Positions 10,335-19,224 of a stretch of DNA of 64,000 nucleotides are shown here, piece by piece. The translations under genes and the position numbers were made by a program. The stretch comes from Eubacteriales bacterium (GTDB lineage Bacteria; Bacillota; Clostridia; Lachnospirales; Lachnospiraceae). The notes beneath the pieces were generated by a model. The model ran no database searches and was not told the origin of the DNA. It saw only the letters and a list, made by a program, of their open reading frames with translations. The stretch covers positions 361 to 64,360 of the forward strand of contig JAUNPS010000026.1 of assembly GCA_030536575.1 (NCBI GenBank), read 5' to 3'. Every line of letters begins with the position of its first letter. The stretch's first letter is position 1.

Positions 10335-10805
10335 ATGCCAAAAACAAAATTTCAATCCGTCGTCTTTACGGCGGTAACCGCCTGGATTATGGTCTACATC
10401 ATGACCCTGTACAACACAGTCCTGGCAGCGGGAACCTTTACAAACGCGACCTTCCTGGCCGCCCTGAAAGGAATGTGGATCGAGTACATCATCATTTTCC
10501 TGTGCGCGTTCTTTATTTCCAGCCGTGTGGCAAAATACTTCGCCTTCCGCGTAGTACAGCCGGGAGACCGCCCAATCGCCATCATTTTCGCGATTCAGAT
10601 CTTCACCGTCGTGTCGCAGGTAGCGCTGGCAAGCATCCTTGGCGTCTACCATGGATACGGCTTCACAAGCCAGTTTCTCCCGAACTATCTTGTGACCTAC
10701 TGCAAAAATTTTGTCATGGCGCTGCCGGTACAGCTTTTTATCGCCGGGCCAATCGCGCGCGGGCTCTTCCGTTCGGTTTTCGGGCGGGACGGGAAAAGGA
10801 GTTGA
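10335..10805 (+). CDS. DUF2798-type small membrane protein
   Basis: 156 aa, hydrophobic; MPKTKFQSVVF..MVYIMTLYN and NFVMALPVQLFIAGPIARGLFR typical of this family; RBS AAGGAGG. Confidence 0.75.
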   Translation: MPKTKFQSVVFTAVTAWIMVYIMTLYNTVLAAGTFTNATFLAALKGMWIEYIIIFLCAFFISSRVAKYFAFRVVQPGDRPIAIIFAIQIFTVVSQVALASILGVYHGYGFTSQFLPNYLVTYCKNFVMALPVQLFIAGPIARGLFRSVFGRDGKRS

Positions 10806-10954
10806 CCGCTTATGAACGCGGCAATCGGGACGATACATGCCTAAGTGCGTGCAGACCGGGTCACGGGCGGGCTTTTTGCGGGATTGATTCTATTGGGAAA
10901 ATGTGTATAATAAAAGTAAGAATTTTACAATCTTACAATCAGGAGGAACAAAGA

Positions 10955-12439
10955 ATGGAACAAATTTTCAATCCCTATCTGCCCTTAACCGAATACGTCC
11001 CAGACGGCGAGCCTCACGTATTTGACGGAAGAGTATACATATACGGTTCCCACGACGTCCCGAACGGCATCCAATACTGCGAAGGCCATTACGTTACCTG
11101 GTCCGCCCCGGTAGACAACCTGAAAGACTGGCGCTATGAAGGCGTTATTTACCGCAGAAACCAGGATCCCTCGAACCAGAACGACCAGATGCAGCTCTGG
11201 GCCCCGGACGTGACCAAAGGCCCGGACGGCAGATACTACCTCTACTACTGCTTTTCCTTCTATCCGGAAATCGGTGTGGCAGTCAGCGATTCCCCGGCAG
11301 GCCCCTTTGAATTTTATGGCCATGTGAAGTATCCTGCGTCGATCCTGGGCGGAAAAACCCTCCAGGAACACATGCCGTTTGACCCGGCCGTGCTGACCGA
11401 TGACGACGGAAGAGTCTATTTATACTATGGGTTCGCTCCCGCCTGCGAAAAGGAAATGCATTTCCCGGAAATCAGCGAAGAAGAAATCAGCAAGCTTCCC
11501 AAAGAAAAACAGGGCATCATGCGCCTGCTGTCCACGATCCGCTTCGGCGAAAACGGCATGGCCGTCGAACTGGAACCGGATATGATTACGATGAAAACGG
11601 AGCCGAAGCCCTGCATTCCCGGCGGGCATCATACGGCCGGAACCGGTTTTGAAGGCCATGGATTCTTCGAAGCGTCCTCCATCCGGAAAGTGGGGAGTAA
11701 ATATTATTTCGTTTATTCCAGCCACAAGAGCCATGAGCTGTGCTATGCGGTCAGCGACCATCCGATAGAGGGCTACCGGTACGGCGGCACCATTGTTTCG
11801 AACGGCGATATCGGCTATCAGGGCCGGGAAAATCCGGTCAATACCCTGGGGAATAACCACGGCGGCATGATTCAGATCGGCGAAGACTGGTACATTTTCT
11901 ACCATCGGCAGACCAACGGCACCGAATTTTCCAGACAGGGCTGCGCCGAGAAAATCCAGATTCAGGAAGACGGCTCCATTGCGCAGGTGGAAATCACGAG
12001 CTGCGGCTTAAACGGCGGTCCTCTGAAAGCCTCCGGCATTTATCCGGCGGCTATCGCCTGCCATTTGACCAGCAAAGAAACGATGAAAAATATCGACTAC
12101 AATGCGCCTGTGATGAAGACGCAGACCCGTATCGTGGAGCATCAGAACAGCGTTTGGGTTACGGACGTGAAAGACGGCACAGTGCTGGGGTATAAGTATT
12201 TCGACAGTCAGGAAGCCGGGGAGATGTTCGTAGAATTAAGAGGGAGCTTTAACGGAAAGATTACCATTTCTACGGACGAGCAGGCGGCATGCGTGATCGG
12301 GGAAACCAATGTGGAAATCAGCCAGGAATGCTGGAAGAATGTGCGGATTCCGGTCAATGCGGTGGAAGAAGTGCATGCATTGTATTTCACGTTTGCCGGC
12401 AAAGGCACGCTGGAAGTAAAAACGATTCTTTTTGCATAA
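10955..12439 (+). CDS. Glycoside hydrolase family 43 (xylosidase/arabinosidase-like) with C-terminal CBM6-like domain
   Basis: NPYLP..EYVPDGEPHVFDGRVYIYGSHD, LWAPD, FDPAVLTDDDG, FFEASS and GNNHGG GH43 motifs; RBS AGGAGG before ATG 10955. The ORF-track start at 10274 is a read-through of non-coding frame. Confidence 0.9.
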   Translation: MEQIFNPYLPLTEYVPDGEPHVFDGRVYIYGSHDVPNGIQYCEGHYVTWSAPVDNLKDWRYEGVIYRRNQDPSNQNDQMQLWAPDVTKGPDGRYYLYYCFSFYPEIGVAVSDSPAGPFEFYGHVKYPASILGGKTLQEHMPFDPAVLTDDDGRVYLYYGFAPACEKEMHFPEISEEEISKLPKEKQGIMRLLSTIRFGENGMAVELEPDMITMKTEPKPCIPGGHHTAGTGFEGHGFFEASSIRKVGSKYYFVYSSHKSHELCYAVSDHPIEGYRYGGTIVSNGDIGYQGRENPVNTLGNNHGGMIQIGEDWYIFYHRQTNGTEFSRQGCAEKIQIQEDGSIAQVEITSCGLNGGPLKASGIYPAAIACHLTSKETMKNIDYNAPVMKTQTRIVEHQNSVWVTDVKDGTVLGYKYFDSQEAGEMFVELRGSFNGKITISTDEQAACVIGETNVEISQECWKNVRIPVNAVEEVHALYFTFAGKGTLEVKTILFA

Positions 12440-12451
12440 AGACAAGGAGCT

Positions 12452-12478
12452 GGGGCGGCATTGTGCCGTCCCGCTTTT
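12452..12478 (+). terminator. Intrinsic terminator after the GH43 gene
   Basis: GGGGCGGCA-TTG-TGCCGTCCC followed by GCTTTT. Confidence 0.55.
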
Positions 12479-12505
12479 CATCTCATGAGACGAAAGGAGA
12501 GGCGT

Positions 12506-13492
12506 ATGGAAACCTTTCAGGATTTAAAGAAAATTGATCTGCATTGCCATCTGGACGGTTCCTTATCGGAGGAAACGATCCGCCGTCTGGCGGGGAATGT
12601 GGGCGTGGAGCTTCCGGGAAAAGAAGCATTGCTCGAACAGCTCCAGGCCGGGGAAAAATGTGAAAATCTGGAACGCTATCTGGGCTGTTTCAAATGGCCG
12701 CTGGAGCTTCTGCATACGAAAGAGAATCTGGAGGAAGCGGTGAAAAGCGTTCTGGCGGATGCGGCGAAGGAGAATGTGGTTTATATGGAAATCCGTTTCG
12801 CGCCGCTGTCCTCCGTTGGAAAAGGCCTGACCTGCCGCCAGGTGATCGAGAGCGCGGTGAAGGGCCTGCGGGAGGGCGAGAAGCTGTCCGGCGTGCGCGG
12901 AAATCTGATTTTGTGTGGGATGCGTCATGTGCCGGCGGAGGAAAATATGGAAATTTTGCGGGAGGGGCGCGCGTTTTTGGGGAATGGCGTCTGTGCGGCG
13001 GATATGGCGGGCAATGAAGCGGCGTTTCCAATCCGGGGGCAGGCGGCCTTTTTTGAGGAGGCGAAGCGGCTGGGGATTCCGTTTACGATTCATGCCGGGG
13101 AGTGCGGGGAGGCCGGGAGTGTGCGGGATGCGATTGCGCTTGGGGCGGCGCGGATTGGCCACGGGATTGCGGCGTGGAAGGATGCCGGGCTTATGGAGCA
13201 ATGTGCGAAGAGCCGGATTCCCCTGGAAATGTGCCCGATCAGCAATTTGCAGACCAAGGCAGTTGCTTCCGCGGAAGAATATCCCTTCCGGAAATTCTAC
13301 GACGCCGGGCTGCGCATTACCGTGAATACGGATAACCGGATGGTGAGCAATACGACGCTGACAAAAGAATTCCAGTGGCTGGCGAAGCACTATGGGATTA
13401 CGAGGGAGGATGCGAGGGAGCTTACGAGGAATGCGGCGGAGGCGGCGTTTGTGGGGGAAGATGTGAAGCGGGAATTGTTAAAAATGGTTTGA
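12506..13492 (+). CDS. add: Adenosine deaminase
   Basis: DLHCHLDGS, HAGE, RIGHG, CPISN and NTDN metal/catalytic motifs; RBS AAGGAG. Confidence 0.9.
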   Translation: METFQDLKKIDLHCHLDGSLSEETIRRLAGNVGVELPGKEALLEQLQAGEKCENLERYLGCFKWPLELLHTKENLEEAVKSVLADAAKENVVYMEIRFAPLSSVGKGLTCRQVIESAVKGLREGEKLSGVRGNLILCGMRHVPAEENMEILREGRAFLGNGVCAADMAGNEAAFPIRGQAAFFEEAKRLGIPFTIHAGECGEAGSVRDAIALGAARIGHGIAAWKDAGLMEQCAKSRIPLEMCPISNLQTKAVASAEEYPFRKFYDAGLRITVNTDNRMVSNTTLTKEFQWLAKHYGITREDARELTRNAAEAAFVGEDVKRELLKMV

Positions 13493-13551
13493 AATTTTCC
13501 GATAGTCCTTGCGAACTTCGGTCTTTTTCAGTAAAATGAAAACAAAGGAAG

Positions 13552-15138
13552 GTGAAGACAATGGGCGTATATTTAAATCCGGGAAATGAGCCGTTTCAAA
13601 TGGCTGTAAATTCGAAAATCTATGTCGATAAGACGGGGCTAATTTCCTATACAAATTCTGTGATAAAGACGGAGCAGCGTTTTTTATGTGTAAATCGTCC
13701 GCGGCGTTTTGGAAAGTCTATGGCGGCCAATATGTTGGCTGCATATTACAGTAAAAATGCGGATTCAGAAATATTATTTCGGAATCTGGAGATTTCAAAG
13801 GACCCTTCTTTTCACCAGCATTTGAACAAATATAATGTGATTTTCCTGAATATACAAGATTTTTTAAGCCGTACACATGAGATTACAAAAATGCGGACGT
13901 TGATTGAAAGAGCCGTACTGCGCGATTTGCTGAAAGCCTATCCGGACATAGATTATTTGGATCGGAACGATTTAAGCGGTGTGCTTCTGGATATTTATGG
14001 AGAAACCTCGGATACGTTTCTTTTTATTATTGACGAGTGGGACTGCATTTTCAGGGAGTATCAGACCGATACCAATGCACAGAAATTTTATTTGGATTTT
14101 ATCAGAAATCTTCTAAAAGACCGGAGTTACGTTGCACTGGCCTATATGACGGGGATTCTCCCTATAAAAAAGTACGGTTCTCATTCAGCGCTGAATATGT
14201 TCGATGAATTTTCGATGGCAAATCCTGGGCCGTTGTCGACTTTTGTCGGCTTTACGGAATCAGAAGTAAAGGCCTTATGCGCCGATTATTCCATGGATTT
14301 TGAAGAGATGAAGCGTTGGTATGACGGATATTGTTTTGAGGGGACAACGCATATTTATAGCCCGAAGTCTGTGGTCAGCTCTTTGCTTACCCGAACCTAT
14401 GATAACTTTTGGAATAAAACCGAGACCTTCGAAGCTTTACGGGACTATATTGTTCTGAATTATAAAGGGCTGAAGGATATGGTGATTGAACTGTTGGCGG
14501 GGAATCGGAAAAGGATTAATGTTCATACATTTTCCAATGATATGACGACGTTTCAGTCGGCGGATGATATCCTGACGTTGTTGGTGCATCTTGGGTATTT
14601 GGGGTATGATTTTGGAACGAAGGAGGTGTTTATACCGAATTCGGAGATTGCGGCAGAGTTTTGCAATGCGGTGGAGTCGGCAGGATGGGAACGCGTGATA
14701 CAGTCAATTCGGGAATCGGAGACACTTTTGCAGGCGACATTACAAAAAAACGGCGATGCAGTTGCCAGGCAGCTTTCTGAAGTGCATATGGAAACGTCGC
14801 TTCTTACCTATAATGATGAGAATGCACTTTCCTGCACGATTGCGTTGGCCTATTACAGCGCCAGGGAATATTATCAGGCGTTTCGGGAGCTCCCTTCCGG
14901 GAAAGGATTTGCAGATATTGTATACATTCCACGGAAAAATCATTTCGAAAACCCGGCCTTAGTTGTGGAATTAAAATGGAACCACTCTGTAGAAGGTGCA
15001 ATTTCGCAAATTAAACAAAAAAAATATGTGAAGTCTCTGGAAGATTATACGGGGAATCTGCTTCTTGTTGGAATAAATTATGATAAGAAAAAGAAAGAGC
15101 ATCAATGTATGATTGAAGAGTATAGAAAGAATGACTGA
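13552..15138 (+). CDS. Second AAA-ATPase-like + PD-(D/E)XK nuclease protein
   Basis: MGVYLNPGN..IYVDKTG, Walker A RPRRFGKS, Walker B FIIDEWD, C-terminal GFADIVYI...VELKW; own promoter TTGCGA-17-TAAAAT just upstream. Confidence 0.9.
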   Translation: MKTMGVYLNPGNEPFQMAVNSKIYVDKTGLISYTNSVIKTEQRFLCVNRPRRFGKSMAANMLAAYYSKNADSEILFRNLEISKDPSFHQHLNKYNVIFLNIQDFLSRTHEITKMRTLIERAVLRDLLKAYPDIDYLDRNDLSGVLLDIYGETSDTFLFIIDEWDCIFREYQTDTNAQKFYLDFIRNLLKDRSYVALAYMTGILPIKKYGSHSALNMFDEFSMANPGPLSTFVGFTESEVKALCADYSMDFEEMKRWYDGYCFEGTTHIYSPKSVVSSLLTRTYDNFWNKTETFEALRDYIVLNYKGLKDMVIELLAGNRKRINVHTFSNDMTTFQSADDILTLLVHLGYLGYDFGTKEVFIPNSEIAAEFCNAVESAGWERVIQSIRESETLLQATLQKNGDAVARQLSEVHMETSLLTYNDENALSCTIALAYYSAREYYQAFRELPSGKGFADIVYIPRKNHFENPALVVELKWNHSVEGAISQIKQKKYVKSLEDYTGNLLLVGINYDKKKKEHQCMIEEYRKND

Positions 15139-15148
15139 TAAGGAAAAA

Positions 15149-15172
15149 GGGGGCGTGAAATTTCACGTCCCC
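15149..15172 (-). terminator. Hairpin terminator overlapping the EamA stop codon
   Basis: GGGGCGTGAA...TTCACGTCCCC stem, with a T-run on the minus strand. Confidence 0.5.
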
Positions 15173-16056
15173 GCATGCGTTTTATTGGGGGACAGCCCGA
15201 AAAACATCCCCGCCAGCGTCAAAACAGTTCCAATTCCAGACATCACCGTAATTTTTTCACCTAAAACGACCGCCGAAGTCACTACCGTAATCACCGGAAC
15301 CAGATAAATATAAATACTCGTCTTTACCGCCCCTAAAATTTTCACCGCCGTATTCCAGGTCACAAAGCACAGCGCCGACGCTCCCAGCCCCAGGAAAAGC
15401 AGGTTCCCCAGAGAAACCGGGTTTGCAAACCGTTCGATTCCGAGACGGCAGTCAAACAGGAAAAGTGCGGGGATCATAAACAGGATTCCATAAGCGAACA
15501 CCCGCCTGGTCGTCTGGACGGTCTGATATCCGAAATCGCTGATTTTCCGGGTCAGGACGGAATAGCAGGCCCAGACGGCCGCCGCGCCCAGGGCCAGCAG
15601 GTCGCCAAGGGGATTTATCTGCATACGTGTGCCGCTGAAGCTAATCAGGCAGATGCCCGCCATCGCGACAAGGAATCCGAGAAAGAACTTCGCATGCAGC
15701 TTCTCTTTCCCTTTTGAGAGAACATAGGTGAGAAACGCGGTGAAAAAGGGTGCGACCGAAATGATCACGCCCACATTCGAAGCGAGGGTGTAGGTGAGGG
15801 CAATGTTTTCCAGCAGATAATACAGGCATACGCCGCACAGCCCCGCTGCCGCAAAAGTAATCTCCTGCCGCCGCGTTGTCCCCCTCATCCGGTGCGGGCA
15901 GGCGAGAAGCAGCGTCAGAAATCCCAGCACAAACCGGAAAAACAGGATTTCTACCGGTTCAAAATCTACCAGCAGAATTTTCGTGGAAATAAAAGTGGTT
16001 CCCCAAATCAGGATTGTAAGCAGCGCTGCCAGATGCCCGGATACCGTTTTATTCAT
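15163..16056 (-). CDS. EamA/DMT family transporter
   Basis: Ten-TM pattern, LIWGTTFISTK, EPVEILFFRF; start MNKTVSG at 16056 overlaps the AraC stop. Confidence 0.88.
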   Translation of the reverse strand: MNKTVSGHLAALLTILIWGTTFISTKILLVDFEPVEILFFRFVLGFLTLLLACPHRMRGTTRRQEITFAAAGLCGVCLYYLLENIALTYTLASNVGVIISVAPFFTAFLTYVLSKGKEKLHAKFFLGFLVAMAGICLISFSGTRMQINPLGDLLALGAAAVWACYSVLTRKISDFGYQTVQTTRRVFAYGILFMIPALFLFDCRLGIERFANPVSLGNLLFLGLGASALCFVTWNTAVKILGAVKTSIYIYLVPVITVVTSAVVLGEKITVMSGIGTVLTLAGMFFGLSPNKTHAGT

Positions 16057-16897
16057 GTCGTGGAGCCTCCTTCTTCTCGGATTCCTTTTCGGAAAAAATG
16101 TCGCGGTAAAGGCCGGGAGCCAGCCCGATAAAGCGGCTGAAATAATTCGTAAAATGGCTCTGGTCGGAAAAGCCGGTCTGCATGGCCGCGTCGATGGGCG
16201 CAATGCCTTTCTCCAGCAGTTTCTTCGCCTCGCCAATGCGCACATTTTCGAGATAGCGGTAGGGCGTGACGCCTTTGGATTTGGTAAAGGCCCGAAGGAG
16301 GGCGGATTTTCCAAGGCCCGCGTGACGGCAGATCTGGTCTAAAGAAATTCGTTCTGAAAAGTGCTGCTCCACAAATGCACAGGCCTTTTCGATCTCTTCC
16401 CGGCATTCCGGTATACCGTATTCAAAGGGTTGTCCGTATCGTACAAGCAGCAGGGAAAGGAGGAGCAGGAGCGCTTCGTCTTTTCCAAATTCAACGGAAC
16501 CGTTCATAACCAGCTTATGCAGAGAATGCAGGCAGCAGGCAATTTCTTCGTCGGAAATGACGGTGCGGGAAAAGCCGGGCAGCTTTCGGATGCCGGTAAT
16601 TTCTTCGGTCAAGTCCAGCATCACGTCTTTGGAAATGTTAAAGCCGCGGTAGTCCAGCGTGCCGTCGTCGGACTGGATGCAGGCGTGGTTATCGCCGGGA
16701 TGAAAGAGGAGGATATCGCCCCTGCCGATGGCGTATTTCCGGTTTTTGCAGGAAAGGGTGCGCTGGCCTTTTTCAATGAATCCAATGACGTAATATTCAT
16801 GAAAATGGTTCGGGAATGGCTGGACGATGCCTTCGAAACGGTAGGCTTCGATGCGCAGGTCTTCGTCGTAAACAATGGTTTTGGTTTCTTTTTTCAT
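16049..16897 (-). CDS. AraC family transcriptional regulator (cupin + HTH)
   Basis: FPNHFHEYYVIG cupin motif and FTKSKGVTPYRY...GFSDQSHFTNYF HTH. Confidence 0.92.
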   Translation of the reverse strand: MKKETKTIVYDEDLRIEAYRFEGIVQPFPNHFHEYYVIGFIEKGQRTLSCKNRKYAIGRGDILLFHPGDNHACIQSDDGTLDYRGFNISKDVMLDLTEEITGIRKLPGFSRTVISDEEIACCLHSLHKLVMNGSVEFGKDEALLLLLSLLLVRYGQPFEYGIPECREEIEKACAFVEQHFSERISLDQICRHAGLGKSALLRAFTKSKGVTPYRYLENVRIGEAKKLLEKGIAPIDAAMQTGFSDQSHFTNYFSRFIGLAPGLYRDIFSEKESEKKEAPRHE

Positions 16898-17084
16898 GGG
16901 CGTTTCCTCCTCGATGCGGTTCATTGTAGCATGTTTGGATGGAAAAGGCTTGTAAAATATCTTCTTTTATTTCTGCGGGCAGCGAGCCAGGCAGCCGCAT
17001 TTGTGCGGATATTTGGCAATGCCGTGTGCCTGTGGCACATGTTTAGCACCAACTGCAGCGGAGTGTAGATGTTGCGCTGCTTGA

Positions 17085-17930
17085 TTACTGGCAGAAGGTT
17101 TCCAGCTCCTTAATGCGCTTCAAGGCGTCTTTTCGGCCCAGCTTGTAGACGGCTTTCAGTTTTTCAGGGTCTTTTTCTCTTGCGCCCACTTCCAGGGCTT
17201 TGCTGGGGCGCATCACCAGAATTTCTCCGGTGCGTTCTCTTGCGGCTATGTAATCCAGCGTTTCATTGTAGCGAATATGGCGGTCGGCTACGGCCTGGAC
17301 GGCTTTCGGATAGCTGCGCAGGGCGGCACGGATGATGGGGAGCATGGAATTTTTCTGTTTTACGAAGCCTTTGGGCTGGGTCAGGATCACGATGTTGTGG
17401 GTATATCCGAGGCTTTCGAAATAGCGGATGGGGATGGAATCGGCAATGCCGCCGTCTAAAAGGGCATAATTGCCGATGTGCACGATGCGGGAGACAACGG
17501 GCATGGAGGCGGATGCGCGCATCCATTGTAAGTCTTCCGGGCCGCCGGTTTCGCATTTGTGATAAACGGGTTTTCCTGTCCGGATGTCCGTACAAGTAAC
17601 GTAAAATTCCATCGGGGAATTTTGAAAGGTGACGGTGTCGAAGGGGTCGAGGGTTTCGGGAATGTCGTGGTAGCAGAACTGTTCGCCGTAGAGGTCGCCT
17701 GTTTTGATAAGGGAGCGGAAGCTGGCGTAGCGGGGGTCGCGGCAGAAGCGGAGGTTGTAGCGAATGGTTCTGCCGGGTTGGTGGGATTTGTAGTTGCAGC
17801 CGAAGACGGCGCCGGCGGATACGCCGATGGCGCCGTCTACTTTGAGATTGTGTTCCATCATAACGTCGGTGACGCCGGCGGTGTATAAACCGCGCATGGC
17901 GCCGCCTTCCATAATTAAACCGGTCTTCAT
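17085..17930 (-). CDS. Patatin-like phospholipase family protein
   Basis: EGGAMRG oxyanion hole, GVSAG nucleophile elbow, LDGG catalytic Asp; promoter TTGCAT-17-TACAAT upstream. Confidence 0.92.
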   Translation of the reverse strand: MKTGLIMEGGAMRGLYTAGVTDVMMEHNLKVDGAIGVSAGAVFGCNYKSHQPGRTIRYNLRFCRDPRYASFRSLIKTGDLYGEQFCYHDIPETLDPFDTVTFQNSPMEFYVTCTDIRTGKPVYHKCETGGPEDLQWMRASASMPVVSRIVHIGNYALLDGGIADSIPIRYFESLGYTHNIVILTQPKGFVKQKNSMLPIIRAALRSYPKAVQAVADRHIRYNETLDYIAARERTGEILVMRPSKALEVGAREKDPEKLKAVYKLGRKDALKRIKELETFCQ

Positions 17931-18158
17931 TGATGACTCCTTTTGCCTTGGGGCATGTTTTGTGATGGAATGATTGTAGCACCGGAATGGATGGAATGCA
18001 AGCTTCCGGTGTTTGGGCGCTGTGCGGATTCATCCGAGGCGGGAATTTGGCATTCTATTCCAACGCAGCATTCATTCGTATGGATTCATTCTGTAAGCAT
18101 TACTCTGTTAAATTGCCGAGCTTGATTAAAAAAATATAAATTTAAGCAAAAAAGTATA

Positions 18159-18187
18159 TTGCAAAATGGAGACGCATATGCTATAAT
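18159..18187 (+). promoter_or_regulatory. Sigma70 promoter of antitoxin RNA 1 (repeated at 18572-18600 and 18979-19007)
   Basis: TTGCAA-17 nt-TATAAT with extended TG, conserved in all three units. Confidence 0.85.
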
Positions 18188-18193
18188 GTCAAC

Positions 18194-18270
18194 TGACAAT
18201 GAAGGAAAAGATAAGAATTACTCCATGTAGACAACAGTGAAAACCCCGGAGCCGACACTCTGGGGTTTTC
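18194..18270 (+). ncRNA. Predicted antitoxin sRNA 1 (RNAII-like)
   Basis: Short promoter-to-terminator unit with no plausible ORF. Carries ATGAAGGAAA and TACTCCATGTAGACA blocks that recur in the toxin-1 start region. The 5' end is estimated from promoter spacing. Confidence 0.7.
18240..18269. terminator. Bidirectional terminator shared by toxin mRNA and antitoxin (also 18647-18676, 19054-19083)
   Basis: AAAACCCCGGAG-loop-CTC(T/C)GGGGTTTT, with A4 and T4 flanks on both sides. Confidence 0.88.
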
Positions 18271-18323
18271 TATGCCTAATTTTTGGAAACGGAAAGGCGT
18301 TGGTTCCGCAGGCTGGTTACCGA

Positions 18324-18410
18324 TCAGTTATCGCCGTCCAGCCATTTGCTGATGAGATGACATATCACACCCGCCGCAACAGCGATTATGAAGGAAACAA
18401 TGTACTCCAT
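18324..18410 (-). CDS. Type I TA toxin, Fst/Ldr-like membrane peptide MEYIVSFIIAVAAGVICHLISKWLDGDN (28 aa)
   Basis: Translated by hand; single hydrophobic helix with AxxG motif, KWLD and charged tail; strong RBS AAGGAAGGGGGTG. Confidence 0.85.
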   Translation of the reverse strand: MEYIVSFIIAVAAGVICHLISKWLDGDN

Positions 18411-18606
18411 ATAGACACCCCCTTCCTTTTACCAGGTATCGGAGGCGGTAACAGGTAAATTATATCATATCATTCGTCAAAATTCTATATATTTTTTGTT
18501 AAAGCAAATTTTAAAATTGCATAAGAAGTGCGACTTGAGAAAATTATTAGAAATTTAAGCAAAAAAGTATATTGCAAAATGGAGATGCATATGCTATAAT
18601 GCCATT

Positions 18607-18677
18607 AGGCAAAAGGATACCAACAGTCCATATAATACGACAAATGAAAACCCCGGAGCTGGCACTCCGGGGTTTTC
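18607..18677 (+). ncRNA. Predicted antitoxin sRNA 2
   Basis: Promoter 18572-18600, terminator 18647-18676; AAAGGATACCAA and TCCATATAA blocks match the toxin-2 start region. Confidence 0.7.
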
Positions 18678-18730
18678 TATGCCTAATTTTCGGAAACGGA
18701 AAGGCGTTAGGTCCGCAGGCTGGTTACCGA

Positions 18731-18817
18731 CTACTTATCGCCGTCCAACCGTTTGCTAATGAGGTGGCAAACCACACCCGCCGCGACAGCGACAAGAAAG
18801 GATACCAAAGTATCCAT
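18731..18817 (-). CDS. Type I TA toxin, Fst/Ldr-like peptide MDTLVSFLVAVAAGVVCHLISKRLDGDK (28 aa)
   Basis: Translated by hand; same architecture as copy 1; RBS GGAAAGGGGGTG. Confidence 0.85.
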   Translation of the reverse strand: MDTLVSFLVAVAAGVVCHLISKRLDGDK

Positions 18818-19013
18818 ATAACACACCCCCTTTCCGTACCAAGTATCGGGGGCGGTAACAGGTAAATTATATCATATCATTCGTCAAATTTCTATATATT
18901 TTTTGTTAAAGCAAATTTTAAAATTGCATAAGAATCACGACTTAAGAAAATTATTAGAAATTTAAGCAAAAAGGCATATTGCAAAATGGAGATGCATATG
19001 CTATAATGCCATT

Positions 19014-19084
19014 AGGCAAAAGGATACCAACAGTCCATATAATACGACAAATGAAAACCCCGGAGCTGGCACTCCGGGGTTTTC
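19014..19084 (+). ncRNA. Predicted antitoxin sRNA 3
   Basis: Identical to antitoxin 2, shifted by 407 bp. Confidence 0.7.
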
Positions 19085-19137
19085 TATGCCTAATTTTCGG
19101 AAACGGAAAGGCGTTAGGTCCGCAGGCTGGTTACCGA

Positions 19138-19224
19138 CTACTTATCGCCGTCCAACCGTTTGCTAATGAGGTGGCAAACCACACCCGCCGCGACAGCGAC
19201 AAGAAAGGATACCAAAGTATCCAT
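19138..19224 (-). CDS. Type I TA toxin copy 3, identical peptide to copy 2
   Basis: Same 87-nt ORF as 18731-18817. Confidence 0.85.
   Translation of the reverse strand: MDTLVSFLVAVAAGVVCHLISKRLDGDK

Noticed and set aside
10274-10954. 227-aa N-terminal extension of the GH43 ORF
   Set aside because: It overlaps the DUF2798 gene in another frame, and the GH43 has its own AGGAGG RBS at 10955.
15163-15210. EamA C-terminus truncated by insertion of the neighbouring ATPase gene
   Set aside because: The tail (GLSPNKTHAGT) looks atypical, but 297 aa is a normal EamA length and no junction signature is visible.
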